Source: the human T2T-CHM13v2.0 reference genome, Homo sapiens. Taken from it: a stretch of DNA of 64,000 nt. The stretch is from the NCBI RefSeq assembly GCF_009914755.1, contig NC_060932.1. The stretch is one strand, 5' to 3'. The notes beneath the pieces were generated by a model that had not been told where the DNA came from, searched no databases, and saw only the letters and a list, made by a program, of their open reading frames with translations. The position numbers and the translations under genes were made by a program. Position 1 is the first letter of the stretch. The number at the start of each line of letters is the position of its first letter. Of the stretch, positions 57,274-64,000 are shown one piece after another.

Positions 57274-59126
57274 GTGGTGCCTTTTAGATTACTTTTATGA
57301 AGGATGGAAACTTTTATTGTGATTTCCTGCTTTTGCCCCAAGCCTCCCTTGCCAGCAGCACATGGATATTCAGGATAGCTAGTTACAGTCAGAGCTGTAG
57401 ACTTTGGCATGGATTGGAACAGAACAGTTAGTAGAACCCCCAGACTCTTGTTTTAAAAAATTATTCTCAGACTCCTCTTTGTGACATGGGATGGAAACAA
57501 TGTTAGAACATCCAACCCACATCCTAAAAAGCCAGAATTGAGGTGCTGTAGAGAAAACTGCCACCACAACATCAGGGCAATCACTATTGCAGGCAAAGGA
57601 AGGAGAATTAGGCATTTATTTGAAGAGGTAGGCTGCACATTTGAAGGTGAAAATATTATAGCCAAGGTTGTTTGATACAAAGAATAAAAATGACAGAAGG
57701 AAGAATGAAAGGGACATTGTGATTTTAAACATGTTTACATGGCTAATTTACTCATATAGAAATGGCTTTGATGGAGGGAGCAATAAACTTCCAAAATACT
57801 GATTTTTTTTTTAAGGAAATACTCATTAACAAAAAAATGTGCAGGTACGGGAGGGACAATAGTGAGATTCTCAAGTTATTTTTTTCTTTCCATTTTTAAG
57901 AAGAAGCCACATACAGTATTATTCTTTTAACCCAAATACAGTTATGTCTAGGGTTATCTAACCACAAATGGAATATAGAAAGCTTCAGTAAAGACTCAAA
58001 TTTGTAGCAAATTTGTAGAACTTCAAAACATTTAGGAATTATCTGAGTATCTTAAATAAAATAGATCCCTGGGCCCACCCCAGAGATTCTGCCTGTGTGG
58101 GTACCAAGTAATCAGAGGTATATGTGCTTTTCTGTTTGTCTCTTGCAACACAAGCACCTCCAGGGGTCCCGATTCCAGAGGTCCTCAGACTGCGTCCCCA
58201 GGGTTCTTTGTTGAGGGACTGCAGGATGCCAGTCCCTGGGTGGATGCAAATGTCAGTGAGATGCATGGGGTGTCTGTGCTCACAGGCAGGGCCTATGGTG
58301 ACAGACACATATGAAATACTTACATTAAGTTAGAATGAAGTATGATAAATATTTGAAAGTAACCTTCACAGTGCTATTGTCCATTTGACAAAGGGACCTG
58401 GAAGAATGTAAAAACCTTCACAGGAAAAGAAGAAAATGTGGTAGGTAGGCTGGAGGTGAGGGCCAAGTTTTGGCTGGATATTTGGAAATTTCAATGGGCT
58501 TCTCTGACTGGTGGGATTAGGCTATTTGAAACTCAGTTAAGGAACCCAGTTAAAGCAAGTGAAAAGTAATTACTATAACATGATTTTAAAGTTCTTTAAT
58601 GAAACTACCCTTCCTACATTCTGAATACTCTTTACACTAAAAGAAAAGTATACCATAATAGAGTATCCAGGTTACGTTCTTTTCCCATATTTTCTTTTCA
58701 AACTGTGTATTATTTGGAGTCTGATAACCCACTACCTAATGTAAGCCTGAACATTACCAGTACTGGTGGTTCTACCTGTGTTCACCTCTCCCACAAAGTA
58801 TCCATCCTGAGTTTTAAATTTTTTCATGATTTCAAAAACCTTTGCTTTAAAGAAAGGCTTTACTAATCATGTGGGGATACTTGAAAACACTGATAGTTTC
58901 TGTGCCTTGTAAAAGTTGTGATGTGCCATATGCCCTCTTTTGTGACATGATTTTTTTAACTCAACATTGTTTCCAAGATCTACCCACTTTCATGTGTAGT
59001 GCAATAGTTGATTTTCACCACTGTGTAATATTCTATTGCATAGTAATACATAATTAATCTGTCCATCTCTTGTTAATGCATAGTTGTGTTGTTTCCAGTT
59101 TGACTGTTACAAACAAGCTGAAATAA

Positions 59127-59440
<314 letters not shown>

Positions 59441-59483
59441 TGAAAGAAACTTTGTAATGCACAGAAGCAAGAGTTCTTCTAGG

Positions 59484-59694
59484 AGGGTGGTTCCCAACTG
59501 GGGGCAAATTTGCGCCCTAGGGACATTTGACAATGTCTGGAGGCTGTTTTGGTTGTCACAGCTGGTAGGTGTTACTACCAGCACATAGTGGGTAGAAGCC
59601 TGAGATACTGCTAAGCATTTTACCACCACAAGAGAGTCACACAACAAAGAATTATCAGGCCCCAAATGTCAGCAGAGCTGAGGCTAAGAAACCT
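59484..59694 (+). mobile_element. MER20 (hAT-Charlie)
   Basis: gggacatttgacaatgtctggaggctgttttggttgtcaca...ggcccaaatgtca...ctgaggctaagaaacc. Confidence 0.85.
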
Positions 59695-60581
59695 CAGGTT
59701 CTAAGGTAAATCCGTAGAAGTCAGTTGCTAGGTAGGTCAAAGGATATGATCATATCTGGGTCTCTAAGATAAACTACTAGTTTCAAAAGTGATTCAACTA
59801 AGTTTTTCTCTTACCTACAGTATATAAGAACTTCTATTACGTCATATGCTCGCCAACACCTGGTACACTTAATTTTTGCCTTTACTTTACGTAAGTTGGT
59901 ATAAAATAGTATTCTCTTTGGCCCTAATTTGCATTACCCTGATTTCTAGGAACAGTGAGCATTCTTTCTTCTTCTCTTTTTTTATCCTTAACTGAATTTC
60001 TTTGTCTGTGGAAATACATGTTCTTGTCCATAATATTTAGGGTAAAGGTAAAGGTCCTCTAATAAAAAGTGATTTACAAAAAAGATTTTTTAAAGATAGC
60101 AGAGTATTCCACACACAGGTAACAGCCGCAAAGAGAGAGCCATTCCCAGCCAGCCATCAGGGACCAGGTCCTTCCACCTTGCTATTCTTCCATCACCTAA
60201 ATCTCCTCTCCTCTGTGTGGTCAGAGCTGGTTACAGCACATGAAAGACGGAAAGTCCCCTGCAACACTGTCTTTTGAGCATGGAAGATGGCAGCTGCGCA
60301 TATGACTTCCGGCCACATTTCATTCCTGAGAAACTAGTCACATAGTTCATCTGTGGCTGCAGAGACATCTGGGAGATGTGGGCCTCTCGCATTGCAGAAA
60401 TGCCAAGAAAGGGAGAGCAACTAGCAGTGACTGGCACTGTATCTTCTCTAGTTAGTGTTATTTTTAATGGCTGAAATTCTTAATTTTAAAGTAGTTTAAG
60501 AGTATAGTATAATTTTTAAATTATCAGCATATTTTGTGTCTTATTTAAGAAAGTCTTCTCTACCCCCAGAGTATTCCAAAT

Positions 60582-60583
<2 letters not shown>

Positions 60584-60625
<42 letters not shown>
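60584..60625. repeat. (AT)21 microsatellite
   Basis: Direct reading. Confidence 0.97.
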
Positions 60626-60626
<1 letters not shown>

Positions 60627-60628
<2 letters not shown>

Positions 60629-61001
60629 GAATCATGTGCTGCATAACCATGTTTCAGTTAACGTGGACCACATATATGATGGTAGTCCCATAAGATTATC
60701 ATGGAGTTGAAAAATTCCTATCACCTAGTAACATCACTGCCTTTGCAATATTGCAGTGAAACACATTACCTTTTCTATGTTTAGAAACACATATACTTAC
60801 CATTGTGTGACAGTTGCCTACAGTATTTAGTACAGTAACACGCTGAACAGGTTATAGCCTAAGAGTATAGGCTGTGCCATATCACCTAGGTGTGTAGTAG
60901 ACGATACCATCTAGGTTTGTGTAAGTGCTCACAATGTTTGCATGATAATGAAATCACCTAATGACGCCTTTCTCAGAATGTGTCCCTGATGTTAATGACT
61001 A
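60627..61001 (+). mobile_element. Tigger3a/MER7A MITE
   Basis: catgtgctgcataaccatgtttcagttaacgtggaccacatatatgatggtagtcccataagatta...tttctcagaatgtgtccc. Confidence 0.85.
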
Positions 61002-61208
61002 CAGTTTATACATCCACATACATATATTTTAAGTCTTGCTTTTAAGATTTAAAATTTTACTCCATCTGTAATTGATTTCTATGTATGATACGAGGATGGA
61101 ATCAACTTTCATTCTTTTCCGTATGGATCATCAATTGTACTACCACTCTGTATTGACTGCTTCGTCTTCACTTGAGAGCTCTACAAAGTCATCTTTATTT
61201 TATACAAG

Positions 61209-62200
61209 AAGTCATTGCTTTGCATGGAATCTATATGCACAAATTTCAGTTGCAATGATTTATTTAACACAAATCCCCAAACAGCATAGTTCAAATTTCA
61301 GCTACCATGCTGTAGTAACTGCAATTGCATAAGTACAAACTTTGCTGCCAGCTTTTTAGTCTACAAATCACTATGTGGATAACAGATGCACATTCTCATC
61401 AGCAACCAGTCACATCACTTCTTCCAATGTCTGTCTGTTGGTGCTGGGTCATGGTGCATTTCTTATCAGTATATGCCTAGACAGCAAAGTGTATAGTTGT
61501 GTTGCTTCCTTGTTTACCAATAATGAATCCATGTGACAGTTCATAACAATATATAATTGAAAGATGAAAGTGTATCAAAGAAATGAAAAGTGGCAATGCT
61601 GGAAGTGAAGTTCAAATCTAAAATAAATGGGGTTATAGACATAATTTACCACCATGAAAGTGTTGACACTGCCACCATTTGAGAGACTGTAGATTCGCAG
61701 CAAGAGGAAATTAATGAGGGGAATTGATGTCCATGGATGAGGAAGGTGGTGGTGACAAAAAGGACGAAGGTGTCGATAAAAACTTCACTTAAAGGAATTC
61801 TGAGATATTTTATGACATTGAAAACACAAAGAAAAAAATATTGTAAGCTGATCCAAATTTAGGAGTTTAATAATTTGCTAAGATGCAAAAGATGCTTCCT
61901 CTGTATTATAAATTATATGATGAGAAAAAGAAGGCAAACACCAAACAGAAAAAATAAAACATTTTAATTTTCAGTGTTACTAATGTTTTAAATTATAGTG
62001 CATTAAATATTAGTGTTGCTACTTTTTATTTTTTATAGCCATTTTAAATTCACAGTAAAGATTTTTTGATGTTTTGAAAAAATGTTTACAGATCATCAAG
62101 CAGTCATAATTTTTCCCTGTTGATTATTAAGATGGCTTGCATAGTTTCAGCTTGCAGTTCTTGTTATGGTTCCACACTAATGTGCAGAGCAGCGCTGCCT
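61209..62200. mobile_element. Older TcMar-Tigger-type DNA transposon relic
   Basis: Imperfect inverted ends (ttgctttgcat...gtgcagagcag) and Tigger-like acidic 3' text; subfamily uncertain. Confidence 0.5.
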
Positions 62201-63381
62201 GTATCAAGTTTGTGTGAAGGGGAAAGGTTAATTCTGAATTCATTTTCTGTCCCATAGTCAATTTATCTATGCCAGCCCCAATTCCACATTGCCTTGATTG
62301 GTATAGATTTACAATAAATGTTGATAAGTGGTAGGGTGATTCCCCTCCCTTACTCAAGATCAGAAGTGCTTGTGATATTCTTGGGCCTTTATCATCCACA
62401 TGAATTTTATTACCAGCTTCTGGATTTTCATGTAAAACACTTTGGTGAATTTGATTTAATTACATTGAGGTTTTGAATTAGTTTATGAGGAACTGACATC
62501 TTTATGATATCTTCCTACTTACCAATATGAGATAGTTCTACATTTATTTATGGCTTTTTTTGCTGTCATTTCCTACATTTAGATGATTTTTCTATAAATT
62601 ATACTACATCTGATTTTAAATTTACTCCCAAATTCTTAAATTTTTATAGCAATTCAACATTGTAACTTTTATTAAATTATGCTTTTTAACCTTTTCTCTC
62701 TGGTTAATAGAAATACACTGGATTTTTATGTATTAATTATATTTCTAACAATTTTTCTCATCACTCTTAATTCTATATTCTGTGATTTCTTTGGGTTTTT
62801 AAGTTAAGTCATATCTTCTGTGAATAATGACAGTTCTGTCTCTTTTTTCTATACTTATCAGTTTTCCTTTTCCTTTCTTCTTTCCCTCCTCTCCTTCCTC
62901 CCTTCTTCCCTCCTTCTCTCTCTCCCTTCTTTCCTTACTTTCATTTTTTCTTTCTTTAATTGTATTGACAAGTACAGTAATCAATAACTTCTAAATTTTC
63001 ACTATTAAGAATGATGATTGATTGTGACTTTCCATTACTATTTAAACTTATAAATCTTCTATGACTTAACATAACTGAAATGCATTTATGTGAATTTACT
63101 TCTCTCTTTATTCTTGGCTCATGTGTTTTTAAATAATTTTTTTTTAATTTTATAGAGAGTTTGGGTCCCTATCTTCTCTTGTCCTCTGCTTCTAGTACTC
63201 TGAGTAATTAGGTTGCTCACTCACATTTTCATTTCTCTACGGGCATAATTTGCATGTGCATATTTTTGTACCTTGACATGTGTACTTAAAAAGGAACATT
63301 TGGAGGACCTATGAATAAAATCACAATGCTGGTATTTTTAAGCTAAAGAGTTAAATAAATCTCCTTTGTCAACTGACACAG

Positions 63382-63463
63382 GTAATGGATGGTTTCTTGG
63401 GAGTATTGTTGTTAAGTCTGAAGATGAAGACAGCAGTGAAGAGGTGCTGTTTCTATGCAACAG
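63382..63463 (+). CDS. RP1: Internal coding exon (82 nt, phase 1 to 2): C-terminal part of the PLAT domain
   Basis: Acceptor ctcctttgtcaactgacacag| and donor CAG|gtatgc. Reads (G)NGWFLGSIVVKSEDEDSSEEVLFLCN(R), matching PLAT GWFL..V.V....F.CnrW. The next exon lies beyond the window. Confidence 0.85.
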
Positions 63464-63679
63464 GTATGCTCTTAATGCATTATTATGCAAAATTATGCTC
63501 TCTTTGTCCAATTTATTCCACCTGTGTCCTCCAGCATGCCTCATCCCAGCTGTTGGACAACATCATTCCCTCCCTGAAAACCAGAGCTGAAGGCCTTCTC
63601 TCCTCAAGAAGCTGTCCTTTATCAGCACTAGTAATTCTCTCTTCTTTTGTAATCTCTAACATTTTTCTCTTCTGAAAAA

Positions 63680-63930
63680 AGTATGGTGAAATGGAAAGAA
63701 ATTGGATTAGGACTTAGAAAACAGGTTCTTCTTTCTGTTTCTAAAACACATGCTAAGCTCCCTGCTAGTACTGTGAACTTGGGTACCACTCTTAACTTCT
63801 CTGAGGTTCAATGTCCTCATATGGAAGATGGCAATAATACCTGCTTCCCCTAGTTCATTTGAATCATTTAAACTCAAATGATGTTATATATGTGAACTGT
63901 GAACTCTAATGCATTGTACTAAAGTGGCGT
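63680..63930 (+). mobile_element. MIR
   Basis: ctgtgaacttggg...cttaacttctctgaggttcaatgtcctcatatggaagatgg. Confidence 0.75.
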
Positions 63931-64000
63931 AGATGTAATATAACAGGAGACTTAAGTGGCAAGGGTAACTGTAATTCCTTGGCCGGGTGGTCATAGGTGA

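Overview
This is primate, human-like genomic DNA, judged by AluJ/AluS/AluY, L1PA, MST and MLT content, AT-richness and CpG depletion. About 99% of it is intronic. Four + strand coding exons with canonical AG/GT sites and matching phases were found: 34971-35190 (220 nt), 50097-50251 (155 nt), 54561-54639 (79 nt) and 63382-63463 (82 nt). They splice into one uninterrupted ~178-codon frame encoding the C-terminal half of one PLAT/LH2 (lipoxygenase-homology) domain and most of the next. I assign them to the 3' extended, PLAT-containing long isoform of RP1. That assignment rests on my recollection of the mouse Rp1 long-transcript exon sizes and on dissimilarity to LOXHD1 as I remember it, so it needs a BLAT check. 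The rest is transposon relics and simple repeats. The most unusual non-coding items are a ~1.4-kb 16-bp minisatellite with higher-order structure, a 5'-intact but 3'-truncated L1 with a target-site duplication (TSD), a candidate decayed or alternative terminal exon at 721-1050, a MARE/GATA/CRX motif cluster, and a splice junction that regenerates a 5' splice site. No prokaryotic-type system such as CRISPR or an operon is present. Nearly all ORFs in the supplied track are spurious. Repeat subfamily names are by-eye calls, and boundaries of old elements are approximate.
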